From Takakia lepidozioides (lineage: Eukaryota; Plantae; Bryophyta), in NCBI GenBank assembly GCA_030704615.1, contig CM060731.1, forward strand, positions 68,076,001 to 68,140,000: DNA of 64,000 nucleotides. The letters are read 5' to 3'. Positions 1 through 12,774 of this stretch are shown in pieces. A program made the translations under genes and the position numbers. Every line of letters starts with the position of its first letter. The stretch's first letter is position 1. The notes beneath the pieces are model-generated. The model was not told where the DNA came from and made no database searches. It saw nothing but the letters and a program-made list of their open reading frames with translations.

Positions 1-2789
1 CGAGTGAAAAACAAGGGCATTGATTGGAATTGCACTACCAATGTGTATTGGCAGCATCGTGTTCAAAGGCTAGAGACTTTGCAGATTATCTTGGAAGGGA
101 ATGCTGAATTTGAAGCGTATAATGTCACACTGGAGGTAAGAGTTTGGTGTTTGATTTGCTCTATATCTTCTGTGTAGAGTGGGATTGGGCGTAATCCTTG
201 CTGGAACAGAAAGAGAAGGGGAACAGCTTAAGGCTTTGCACTGCAGACGGCTTTTTGGCATTGACCCACAGGATATAACCCCTTCCCATTAAGTGACATG
301 TTAGTGCAAAACTGTCATAACTCCCACACTCAATGATGTCGCATCTAAAAGGTTGAGCTTTTACTGTTACTGGTCTAAAACATGATGCAGATAGGAAGGT
401 GATTGAAAGGAAGAGTGGATACCAGCAAGGGGCGCACTACCTTACGTGATTGCTTGTTGCCTGCAAACATAACTTCTTACAGAGAATCTGTCAAAGTGTA
501 GGCGAAAAAGGTGCAGAAAATAGTTCCATTGGACAAGTCTAAATAGGTGCTGCTTGCTTGGGGAGTTGCAGGGATCACATACATTTGAAGTGCCAAATGG
601 ACATTGCATGCGAGTAACAGAGACCCCATCAGGTCTGGGCCACACAAATAGTTCAAAATAAAGTTTTCAAAATAAAGTTTTCATGATAGACCTTTTTCAA
701 TTTTGTAGCTGAGACTGTTGCTCTTTTGTGTTTGTGGTTTGAGCTTCACATGCCCATCATGTACTCCAAATTAACGTCAGTGTGACGTAACTGCATGTAT
801 GACCTGCAAGTTCGAACTAGGGATTGATGCTTGCATTATGGGGCACTCAATATCAAGCTTAGTAACAATTATCATGCATATTGTACTTCCATGATTGTGC
901 TTGATCAGGTACAATCTTGAAGTAGGGCTTTATGGATTGAAGAATTTATCCCATGGTTTGAACTATATCACCTCTCTGATCTGGATAGTATGACCATGAT
1001 GCAGGGTTGTTACGCACATTGGAGCCTTTGTTGCCAAATGTCTCCATACAGGGTACGTGGTATTGGTGCTACTCACTAGATAACAATGGTCAAGTTTGTT
1101 TGACTATGTCGGACACCTAAAGACTTTCACTCATAGAGCTACAATGTAGTAGGCAGGTTGGACAGTACTGCAGGTAGGGCAACAATAAGAGCTGGTGCAA
1201 GGAACATGTGGATGGATGCACTTCCTACATTTGCATTCGAGTTGTTGGGGACTTCAGTCATTGAGCCTGTGGGGAAGGGTCATGCTGGCAGCTGGCAGCC
1301 CCCAGCATTTTCTTTTTTCTCTCCCGAGTTGCATTCAACTCCTGCAGTTTTGAAGGAGTAATCCATGCAATTGTTAAATCACAGCCACGCGGCAAATCTC
1401 TTGCCTTCATGTGGCGATGTATTTATAGTCTAGATAAATTGATTGCTTCATCTGCTCAATGAAGCATTGTGAAGCGGTGGTATTTTGTCATACCAACGGT
1501 TTTGGAAACATTGACAGCCTTAGAAAGTTGTATTTAATATATTTGAAGGATCAAACATGTGAGCAGGTGACATCTCACCCTTACATGCTCTTGAGGCGAT
1601 GGCCCATTAAGAAGGCTTGGGAGCACTCCTTAGTTGTGTTACTGGATTATATTCTTATTTTGTCTGTCAATCTCTGGGTCCTTTACTCTCTTTGCAGCAC
1701 ATAATTCTGTTATGCCTTCTCCTGTAGTATGAACTTGTGAGCAATTACAATCCTTCTACATTGGAATTGTCAAACAGTTTTCAGTTGGGTGTCTACGTTA
1801 CAACCCAAAGTATGTGTGACAGAAGTCGAATTTTGGTATGGCGTCGAACCTACAGTCTTTGCTCAATTCACAATTGAAAGAAAGTCATGATGAGAGAGCT
1901 GACACCAACTGAAGTCAGTGTAACCAAGAGCCTTTTCTCCTTGCGTGTCTTGCCCCTTTTTGGGTGTTGGCAAGAGAGCTTAGCAAGTTCTGGCCTTATG
2001 GTGATAAGCAGCTTTGACAGGAGTAACATTTGCAAGCAATGACAGTGGAGCCCATGCAGGCCTTTCTCAATATTGACACATGCATGTTCCATTTGGAGGA
2101 TCTTTGGAGGGCTCTGTGCCACCAAATGCCTTCATATAATTCGCACCTTGTAAACAAACATGAACTTACAGTAAGATTCGCGCATGGGATCTGAACAGTT
2201 GGGGCAACAGTGGCAAGCTGCTTAGCTTCCACTACACTGAATCAACGGATAGTGTGTGATCAAAGTTGTCGGTTTGTTGGGACAGCGCGTGTGGGATTTT
2301 GTATGTTAGGGAAGAAGTTGAGTTGAAGTTTTCCAATCATTTGTCCAGCTTCCAAAGAGCCCTCCCTGCAACTTCTGGAATTTAGACGCTGAAGTGGGGA
2401 CCATTTCAGGGGCTGTACTAAACAGTGCTGTGCATACAGCTTTGAATTTTGCTTTCGGTCCCTAGCATAATTTATTGGCCCTGCCCCAGGCACTGGACCA
2501 GATTTTCATGGTTTTATTGTTTCAAGTAAAAATACATGGAATGTTTGGGAAAGGATGTAGGAATCGTTAGGTTTACCGAAACCATGCTAGGTGGTCACAC
2601 TAAAGATGAAAAGTGTCTTTTTCTTTCTTTTCTTTTCTTTTTCTTTTTTTTTTCTTAAAGGGAAACACCTGGGAGCGACAGCTCACAAATCAGGCCCCTT
2701 GATAGTGAGAGGAGAAAATAACCTCTTCACACTAACTGTGCCATGGAGGCTGAGAAATGGGACACCGCCCAAGGAAGGGGGAGAAAAAT

Positions 2790-2862
2790 ATCAAGTAGCA
2801 GGATTTGACCCCAGGATCAGCTGGGTGGCACTGAGTGCACTGACCAACTGAGCTACCGACTG
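2790..2862 (-). mobile_element. tRNA-derived head (SINE-like / tRNA pseudogene)
   Basis: Minus strand reads GTAGCTCAGTTGG (A box) ... GGGGTCAAATCC (B box-like) at tRNA spacing, but with no convincing anticodon or acceptor stem. Partial second copy at ~4435-4475. Confidence 0.5.
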
Positions 2863-2893
2863 TTGGTGTGTCTTACTTATCATGGTTTGGTTA

Positions 2894-3340
2894 GAGCATG
2901 GCCAGCAGCGGCCATTTCAGACGCGCCAACTCCAAAACGCTGTGGCCGGCAGTTTCGGGGCTCTCCCGGCGTCCCCAGCAACACCACCCCAACACCACCC
3001 GAGTGTCGGCCGTCTCGCAAATCCGCACTTCAAGCACGGCATCTAGATTTCCGTTGTCGTCCCCCCCCAACCCCCCACGGCAACGTCTTATCCGGGCATT
3101 CTCGCTCACATGTGTTGACATGGCACGGTAGGTGGCAGGGCCCACAAGTCAACGTAACCATCTTAGCCTGGTGCGCATCTCAGCCGTGCGCCCAGCGGGA
3201 GGGGGGTTTTTGCCGTGGGAGGCTGCCATGTTGCTGGCCTTCCCAGTAGCCGCCACACTACTATATGGGCTCCGAGCCAAAAATGGGCTAGTATAATGCC
3301 GTTGGCGTGTCTGTTTACCGCGCCACTGTTGGTCATGCTC
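2894..3340. mobile_element. Tourist-like MITE (PIF/Harbinger), copy 1
   Basis: Termini GAGCATGGCCAGCAG...CTGTTGGTCATGCTC are inverted repeats, flanked by a TTA target duplication (2891-2893, 3341-3343). Homologous to 36095-36512. Confidence 0.85.
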
Positions 3341-3350
3341 TTAGTGCACT

Positions 3351-4120
3351 GAGGGCCGTTGCATTCCAGACTAGTGACTGGACAAAACGAACTTGCACTC
3401 TGATTGGTTTAAAATCGGATTTTGTCCGCTACACGCTTTCAGACTTGGCTTTGTCCACTGAAGATAAGTCTCTCCAACGTGTTGAGTCATCACTCCAATT
3501 TTGCCACCTCAGCTGACAAAGCAAAGCAAATTTGGGGTCAGGGTAGTAGCAGGCCCCAAATCTTGTCCACTGGACAAAAGCAAACGAAGCGTGTCGGCGG
3601 GTCTCTTCACGCCTCTTTCCCTGCTGTAACTTTGCCAAAGCATCGTGAAGCCAAAGCATCGTGAAGCATGAATCGAGAAGATTTCTTTTCGCAGGAAGAT
3701 GACTACAACTTTGGAAGTCAATTTTCATAAAGCTCTTGACCTCATACCGATTGTGAAGCATGGTCAATTCAGTTTGGAGATGGTTGTTGATTGCTAGAGA
3801 ATGTCTACTCAACATAGCCTCTAAAATAATGAACATGGAAAACTGAAGAGCAAGTGTTGCAAGGAGATCCCTTTCCGAAGGCTCCCCAGCTGTGTGCGAG
3901 ACTCTCGACAAGAAACCTTGACAAAAAAAACCAGACAGTTTGAGCGCAATATCTTGTCCAGTAGACCCCTTTTGACCACTACTCGGTCTGAAAACGCTAT
4001 GAAGCTCGTCCGCTGGGTCCCAACTTCCTACAACTTTTGATGACATGGCATCTGTGAAGCGGCCAAAACAGTGGACAAACGTTGTTTTTGAGTATTTTGT
4101 CCGGTCGCGGAAGGGACCTG
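3351..4120. mobile_element. Putative non-autonomous hAT-like element
   Basis: Flanked by near-identical 8-mers AGTGCACT / AGTGCTAT. Subterminal inverted motif GTGACTGGACAAAA / TTTTGTCCGGTCGC and repeated GGACAAA motifs. Weak resemblance of the minus-strand peptide to a hAT C-terminal domain. Confidence 0.4.
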
Positions 4121-5094
4121 AGTGCTATGCAGCAGTGTGTGTCTTTTTTTTTTAAATTTTCCAAATTCACCAGAGGGGCGCCACATGTAAACTTTACCCC
4201 AAGTGGTAAGAATAACGAGGTGGCAGGGCTAGAAAATGTGGTATATAACAAGTGACCATACCAAGGTAAACTGGTCATGTCAAACAGCGTCCGAGTTCTC
4301 ACATCCACCGGATCCAAGGGCGGAAGGATAGTGCAAGGCAAAAAATGCATGCAATTCATGCAAGCCTGCCCTCTAGTAATTATGAATAGATAATAAAAAT
4401 CTGGAAGATCACACAGTTTATTAATAAATATCGGGGTAACAGGATTTGAGCCCTGAATCACCCGGGTGGCACGCAGGGTAATATCTGCATTTATGGCATG
4501 CTCAAGAAGTTGAACTCCTAAAGGCCAAACAATGTGACCACGAAACTGTTCATCTAAGGGATGTCATTTCTTAGAAATACGGACAAATATTATGTGGCAA
4601 CTGTCTCGATCGAATTGGAAGTCTAATCGAAAGTATCAGTAACACTATTTTAACTAGTTCCGGACTTTTGGCTTAAATCCGGACCAAACTTAATATATTA
4701 CTGAATTAAAATTAACTAAAGTATTAATAATATTATGGTACAGTAATGTGTGATTGAACTTTGTGAAATTACAAACGATGTCATAGTTGCTTGAAAATGT
4801 GTCATATAAGAGGTCCAATTGACATTGAAATGCTTGTGGAGTTGTAGTGTTCAACAATTCATTGAACGTCCATTGGGAAGTCGAATGATGTCATAATATT
4901 ACATTATGTAATCACAATAAACAAATGTGTGGCAATCGAACATAAGAAAGACTCCTACTCTACCATACTCGATAGAACTTGCTAATTTTATTAATTGAAT
5001 CTTCATGTCAAGCACAATGTTCAGAGACGCCATTGGAATGATGTTTTGGATACAAGGGCAGTAAAATAATAAAATAACATTGAGCATTAGGAAG

Positions 5095-6660
5095 AGGTAC
5101 CAGGGTAGTTACACAATAAGGTTTGGGGTGTAACTAGAGAGAAGTCCAATAAGGTGAGAACGGTAAGGGTACTTAGGGTTTAGGGTTTGGATTTAGGGTA
5201 CAAAGGGATGTCAAACAAATATGAAAGACTCACACTCGCTAAAATTAATAAATATAAGGGTAATTTAGTATCCCTCTGATCATTCTATGGTATTTTATCC
5301 AAGAAAAGAAAATATCAAAAGAGCACGAAACATTCAAAAGAGGTAACGTAGTAGTACAATAAGGTTTTGGAGTGTACTAAGTAGAGTAGTACACTAAGGT
5401 TTTTGGTCTATGGTAAGGGTAATGGTTTAGGGTAAGGCTTAGGGTAAGGGGATTCAGTGTCAAGGGATCGGTAAGGGTTTAGGGGTCATGGTAAATGAAA
5501 GGGTAAGGGTTCAGAGTAGGGATTTTAGTAAGTTTGGTTTCAGGTATTAATATTATGGAAGAGTCATTGAGGCGGACAAGTATTTAAATTGAAGACTCGT
5601 CCTTGGAACTTGGTATTATTAAGATACATAGATTGCAAACTATGCAAAGGTACTAAGTGCATATCAATCCAAAACAAAAGAAAAAGTAGTGCAAAAATGA
5701 AGGGAGTCTAAGACATTTGGATAACCATAATGGTTAATATGGTTATGGTTAATATGGTATGGATAGTTCAATGTTCCCATTTGTAAAAGGAAGGGTAAGG
5801 GTTTAGGGGTAAAGGCTTAAGAGTAAACGATGACGGTTTCAGGGTAAGGGTTTTGGGTAGGGTTTTGGGTTTAAGGTAGAAATGGACAAATAAATATGGA
5901 AGACTTGACTCGCTATAACTTAGTGTTGTTAGTAACGTAGAAAACAAAACAAAATGAAGAAAACAAATATTTTGGAAGTCTAGTCATTGCATCGGACAAG
6001 TATTTACATTAGAAATTCATCATTGGAACTTGGTATTAAGATACATAGAAAGCAAACTATAAAAAAAGTAAGTGCATGTGTCAATCCAAAAGAAAGAAAA
6101 AAGTAGCCCAAAAGTGAAGGGAGAAGACATTGGACTAACCATAACGGTTATGGTTATGGATACCAATAAATGCATATGGATACTTCATTCTCATTTGTAA
6201 AGGGAAGGGTAAGGAGAAGGGTAAGGGTCTAGGGCTTGGGTTTAGGGTTTGGGTTTTAGGCACAAACGAACAAAGAAATACGGAAGACTCGCAATCGCTT
6301 CTGTGTATTAGTAGATAATATGGTATGGATACTTCCTTCCCATTTGTAAAGGGAAGGGTAAGGGTTTAAAAGGTTTAAGTTCTAGGGTAAGGTTAGGGTT
6401 TGGGTTTAAGGCACAAACGGACAAACCAATATGGAAGACTCGCAATCGCTATTGTGTAATAGTAGGGTAGAGAATAAAATATAAATAGAGAAACTAATGT
6501 TATGTAGGACTCATTGTAATGGATGTCAAGTCTTTAATGAAAGACTCGTCCATAGGACCGGGTATTAAGACACATAGAAAGCAAAGTAAAAGAAAATTTA
6601 GGGAAAAAGTGTTGCATGTCAATCCAAAATCAGAACTTATCTGAAAGTTCACCCTATGAG
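5095..6660 (+). repeat. AT-rich complex tandem repeat with degenerate telomere-like (TTTAGGG/GGGTAA) tracts
   Basis: Blocks such as TTGGAACTTGGTATT..AAGATACATAGA (5555-5730, 5973-6155, 6508-6630) and GGACAAA..ATATGGAAGACT recur 3-4 times, separated by GGGTTTAGGG/GGGTAAGGG runs. Confidence 0.7.
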
Positions 6661-7309
6661 ATATGTGAAGAAATGGTGAGCCCATGGCAAAAATTGGAAG
6701 AGAGCATCAAATATGATATTAAAAAGTCGGAGCCCCTAAAAACAAATATGAGAAATGACATGATTCAATGAATTGCTGCTGTATAACGAGCTCCTAGTGT
6801 ATATGGGAGAAAATGGGAATACTCCATGAGAGAGGAAAGAAAATCAGGGCCAAAGATTAAATTGACTGTATGAAAACCTTCGAGATTAAACATAAAGAGT
6901 AGCAAACTTAGAAGTATGGCCAGAGTGATTGGCTAAAGGTCCTCTAAGAAGAAGACTGCAGTAACAGACTTGGTTATTGAGAGAAGCACTGAAATTGGCT
7001 GTAATTATTGAGGAAAAAAAAAACTTAGACAAAGTTGAAAGTCTAATTGTGGTGGTACCAACATATTTTAATTCTGTGAACTGAATGTTTTCCAGCCTAG
7101 ACTCCCCAACACGCTCTATTTTTTTTCGTGAAGGGCAGATACAGCAAGCTAGAGTCCACGATACCCGTTCAAGATCGCGAACGTCTACTGGACGTTCGAG
7201 GTTGAGTGCGACAGCAGATATGTTGATAGAGGAGCATTGAAAACGAAACAATAGGGCCATGAACTCAAAAGTTTTTTTTTTACTTAAATGGAAGTACCAG
7301 AATTAACCT

Positions 7310-9870
7310 CAGGTAAGTCCTCCGACAGTGACTCTTTCGCAAGACTCACTTTCAGGTTGAAGATTGGCCTCCTCTAAATTCGCGAATGCCTTGACTGCCT
7401 CCGCAGCGGTAATTTTCTTGGTGCTACTCTTTGACGTATTCTTCTTTGGAGGCATTGTCCACACGACGGAGTTCACGTGGATCCATTGAGCAGGATTGGT
7501 TACACTCCCAGAGTTTTGACCAACAGTCCCTGTACCTCTCCAAGTTCTGTAGGGTTACCTCCTTTTCTGGGTCTCCACCACTCTATCCTGACCTTCTTAA
7601 AATTACGATCCTCCTTATCACGGATGACATCAGATATTGCCATCCCCATCCGGACACGTCACTGGGTCATGAGGGCGAACCAGCACAAAAACCCTTTCTC
7701 AATATCCTTGTAAGGATTCAAATGTATTCTCGGACGCTCACACTTAGGGCCACAGTAAGGTTCTGGAATGTCATCATTTTCCGACAAATTTTCCTCTATA
7801 TGTGGCTGGATTCCATCCCTCCGATGGTTCTGTGACCACCTCGTTTCCGGCCAGAAACCCTCAAGAAGGTCAATCTTGTCGGAAGCCACCGGTATTGGCT
7901 TATCCAGTTCCGCGAGAATTTTCTCCCAGTATTGATCATATTGTTTCATTACAGAGCTGTAATGTTCATTGAGTAACATGTCTTTTGTCCAAAAATCCCT
8001 ATATTTTTTTATTCCATTTTCTATGAAAGACTGTTTCTCAGAAGAGTCGTCTTTGGTTCCCCATATAGGAGTTCCGGGGAGCTTGGGAGTCCCATCTGGA
8101 TTCGACTTCCAAATCTTGACGCTAGTGTTGGTTGGAAGCCAATCTGAATTAGTGGCAGACTTCTTGTACTTCATTACCGGCCACCCCTCCGCATCTACAA
8201 AAAACCGGAATACATGCATCTCGGAAGTCCCGATCAACTCTTCATTTCCATCCAGAATAAAGCCTTTGACAAACTTCTTAAAGTCGGGTACCTCTTGAAT
8301 AAGTTGTGGAATAAACTGCAGATTTTGCGAGATCATGAATGACCTCATCAAATCCGGAAGAATGTAGGTACTCCGTTCCTTTAGCTTCTTCGATAGGTAG
8401 CTGAAGAAACCGTCACCTCATGAGCGTGGCCGACCATGAGAAACCCCAGTTGGATCTCCTCAAAAACACATTTGGCAGTAAGGAGGGAAAGCAATGCAAG
8501 CATCCATCTATTCTTGTTATCTTTCACGGAGTTGTCCATCTGTAGATAGAGTCGTCTTGGAAGGCGACGAGCACCCCTTCTGTCTTGTGGCGTGCAAGGT
8601 TTCAAAGCATCCAAACATCTCGATTTACCTCTCATAAGTGTTTCAAAAAAATCATTCTGAAGTGCATAATCGAAAATGTTCATGGACTGTCGACAGGTTG
8701 GCTTCTCAAGCTGGCGAAGATAACGAGCCAAAGAACCAATAGTAAAGTTTGAATTTCCCTTCCAGAACTCGAGAGAGAACTGACCGTATGCTCCATCCCC
8801 GTGTCCATGTGTGACCATTCCCATTAGCGAGACAGACAAGTGACCCAATCCCGAGATCATCTTGTTGGGTGTCTGTAGCCTCGGAATAGCTGTTTTCCTA
8901 TGATCCATCTTATCGTGAATAATACAGATAAACTCCTCCGGAATCATAACTGACTCATTCCTCCAGCTATGGTACAATCTTCTACATGACTCCTGGTGCC
9001 TCAAATGTTTATCAAGCGTTCGTTTATGTGCGACATGTTCCGCACTCCTCTTGATAGACTTCTTGATCAAGTCCTTCAACATCTCACATTCCGTGCACTT
9101 TGTAAATGTGGTTCCAGTTTTTCGAACCTCCACGTTCGGAAATATTCTATTCCTGATACGGCTTACAGCAGGCTGCGAGATTGGTTTCAATCCAAAAACT
9201 CTGTTCGTCTGAACCCCAAAGTGTCAGACTATGAACGTCGACTGGCCAGTGGAGGTTCGGGAAACAGACATGCCAAAAATAAATGAAAATGTTTGAAGTG
9301 TTCAAGGTAGAAAATAAATTTGAGTGACGTAAAAAAACAATGCAGAATGATTACCTCGTTGGACTCCTCTCGTATTTGCTTCTAGTTCATTTTCAGTGGT
9401 AAGACCCTCAAAGTATCCCGCCTTCCATTCCCCAATGCACCTTGTATTATGAGGCACGAGGTCCGAATTCCCGTTAATAATGGACATGATTGTCCCCTCT
9501 GCCTGGATGGTCTGTGGTCGCGGCCACTTCAAGCCACGGTTCCCATGAAGAGATGACAACCAACCCTCTTTACTCAACTTTTTATACTCCATGTCGGTGG
9601 ACCTACCAATACCATGAATTGTCCACCATGCTTTCTCACAAACATCAACACCCTCAATGGTTACGTAAGCCCTCTGCGACGTTCCTTCCAGCACGTGCAG
9701 TCCTTTAGAAACGTTTAGTCCATGTTCTCTCATTTCATCAAATGTGGACCCCAAAAATGCAATGCGGATAGCCAACGTTTTCCTCCAATCAAAATATTGG
9801 CAGCACTGAAGTATGCAGCAATTTTTGCTGCTAACAGATCGGACTTCCTCCATAGTAACATTTCTTTCCT
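7310..9870 (-). pseudogene. DDE-type DNA transposase, Sola-like, frameshifted
   Basis: ORF pieces 9302-9853, 8381-9190 and 7659-8351 give motifs IIHDKMDH, LYLQMDNSVKDNKN, GFLMVGHAHE and an upstream CTECEML...H..H zinc-binding pattern. Several frameshifts and at least one intron. Confidence 0.7.
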
Positions 9871-10079
9871 AGTTATCATTCCTGACGTGACGTGGCCCGG
9901 ACACGTCAGACGTCACGTCGGACGTGCGTCACGTCACGTCGAATCCGGACGTTTATCCGAGTAATTGTTTTTCTTCATATTTGACTTTTATGATTTACTT
10001 CTACCCTTTGTTATGACATGGCAGCCACGGTGTAAAACAGACGTGGCCAATTATTAAAATTTATTAATTTATTTGAAAA

Positions 10080-12000
10080 AAATACGCCCGCCCAAATATA
10101 AAAGTTATTATTTTTTAAATCAAGCGACCACCCATATTGGCGGTCGTTTGTAGTTTAATACTTTATTAAATTAAGTGATTGCCTATATTGGCAGTTGCCG
10201 GCAATTTATGAAGTTTTAAATGGAGCGACCGCCCATATTGGCGGTCGCTTGCAATTTATTATATTTTAAATTAAGCGACGGCCTATATTGGCGGTCGCTT
10301 GAAAATTATTAGTTTTAAAAATTAAGCGACCGCCCAGTTTGGCAGTCGCTCGCAGTTTAAAAAATATTTTAAAAAATACAGCGACCGCCATTCGCCGGCC
10401 GTCGCATATTTTTATTTTGATTCTAAAATGAAGCGACAGCCAAACCGTCGCTTATTTTAAAAAAAATTAAAAATGCAGCGACCGCCAAATGGCGGTCGCT
10501 CGTTTTTTTTAAAAAAATTTAGCGGCCGCCATTTAGCGGCAGTGGCTCTTTTTTTTTAAAAGATTTAAATGAAGCGACTGCAACTACGGCAGTCATTCTT
10601 TTAAAAAAATATATATATAAAGCAACCGCCAATACGGCGGTCGCTCTTTTTTGTATTTTTAAAATAATGAAGTGACCGCCAATACGGCGGTCGCTATTTT
10701 ATTGTATTTTTAAAAAAATGAAGTGAGCGCCACTACAGTGGTCGCTCATTTTCGTTTATTTATTTTAAAAATGAAGCGACCGCCATATGGGGGTCGCACT
10801 TTTTCGCTTTTTAAGAACCTGAAGCGACCGCCAATACGGCGGTCCCTCCTTTAAGGTTTTTTCTTAATTAATAAATTAATAAATTAAATAGATAAATTTT
10901 AAAATAAGTTTTTTTAATAAAAAAAATGAAGCCACCGCCATGTGGCGGTCGCTCTTCGTTGCTTTTTAAGAAAGTGAAGCAACCGCCAATACAGCGGTCG
11001 ATCTTTTATTTATTTTTAAATTAAAAATTAAAAATTAAAGTTTTTTTATTTCCTAAAAAAATTGAAGCGACCGCCCAATAAAGAGGCCGCCAGTAATGGC
11101 GGTCACTCTATTTAAAAAATTAAACAATAAATTCGACCACCAGTAACGACGGTCACTCTATTAAAATAAATAAATAAATAAATAAACGATCGCCATTACT
11201 GGCAGTCGCAACATTTTCAGAAATTAAAAATATACCAACGACCACTAGTAATGGCGGTCGCTCTATTTTTTTTTTTTTTCAAAATGACCACCAATAATGG
11301 CGGTCGCTCTATTTAAAAAAAAAAAAAGTAAAAGCGATCGTCATTACTGGCAGTCGTTGCATTTTCAGAAACTAAAAAAATACAAGCGACCGCCAGTAAT
11401 GGCGGTCGCTCTATTTTTAAAAAACAAAAACAAAAGCGACCTCCAATAATGGCGGTCGCTCTATTTTAAAAAATAAAAAATAAAAGCGACCGACATAACT
11501 GGCAGTCGCTGCATTTTCTGAAATTTAAAACATTTTTTAAGATTTTTAATATTTAAAAAAAAAGCGATCGCCATATTATGGCAGTCGCTGTTTTGTTTTT
11601 GTTTTTTTTTTGAATTAAAATGGCCGCCATATTATGGCGGTCGTGGGTTTTTTTAATATATTTAAAATATAGCGACCGCCAGATTATGGCGGTCACTTGT
11701 TTTTTTAATGTATTTGTAACATAAAGCGACTGCCATATTATGGCTGTCGCCTGCTTTTTATGTATTATTGAAAACAAGCGACTGCCATATTATGGTGGTC
11801 GCTTGTTTTTTGGCGGTCGTCTAATTTTTTTTAAAAATAGCAACCTCCGTTTTGGCCGTTGAATAATTTTGAAAATATACAGCGACCGCCAATTTTGTTT
11901 TTTTTATAAAAACAATCTAAGCGAACGCCATGTTGGCGGTCGCTCTTATTTCTAAAATTTCGAAATATAAAGCGACCGCCAGAATTGGCGGTCACTTTCA
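10080..12000. repeat. Array of short palindromes (AAGCGACCGCC-N3-7-GGCGGTCGCT) with AT-rich spacers
   Basis: About 30-35 GC-rich hairpin units spaced ~50-60 bp apart in poly-A/T sequence. Bracketed by degenerate inverted TGACGT-rich blocks at 9881-9950 and 12101-12190. Confidence 0.9.
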
Positions 12001-12774
12001 TTTTATTATTTTCCAAAATGTATTTGTCACCGCAACCGTGTCGGCGAAGAGGCTGCTTAAATGACAATATTTTATCTAGTATTTTTTTAACTAGAATATT
12101 CCCGGAACCTGACATGACGGAGGTCTGGTCAGCTTCAGGTCTGACGTGACCTGACGTTGACTGACGGAGGTGACGCTAATAACCGGGATTTCTCTTGCAT
12201 TTTTTGGATGGATGTAGGATGGCCGCCCTTGATGAATGACAGACCAGTCACACCCTCATTACTTGTTTTAATTTGCATCCCCTCAGGCGATCCTGACTGT
12301 TGAAAAACGTCATATCTATGGTCTTGGACATTAAGTTTTCTCCTTGATCTTTTTTTTTGGGTGGTTGCAGACAGCCCTGGCAACAAAGTAGTAGGAGGTC
12401 AAATCTTGGCAATTTGGGAATGATCAACCTAAATGCAAATGAAATCCCAAGTGTCATTACAAGGTTAAGAAAGGGGCGGGATTGCACATGGTTCAAAAAA
12501 TAGCGGGACACACACTTGCCACATAGTGTCAAACGGAAGATAATAGAAATAATGTAAGAACTTAATGCAAGCGCGTCAGGACGGTCCAGCCCTGACACCC
12601 GTACCGCCGGTTCTTCGCCTCCGGCAGACATCGAAAGGCAGCCGGCTGGGCTCGGTCAATCCCTCCCCACCCCCGCCCTCATCCCATCGGCGTCGTCGCC
12701 CCAGGCGCGTCGTCGCCCCCCGCGTCGTCGTTCTGCGACACCAGTCCGCCGCTTCCAGCAGTCCGCCAGTTCCC

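Noticed and set aside
441-468. 15-nt micro-exon on the minus strand (TTTGCAG|GCAACAAGCAATCAC|GTAAG)
   Set aside because: Good splice signals, but no neighbouring exons or recognisable protein in 1-2600 to support it.
2790-2862. Functional tRNA gene
   Set aside because: A and B boxes are present but the acceptor and anticodon stems do not pair convincingly.
10080-12000. CRISPR array
   Set aside because: Repeats are palindromic and regularly spaced, but the spacers are low-complexity A/T runs, the repeats drift, there are no cas genes, and the context is a spliceosomal-intron eukaryote.
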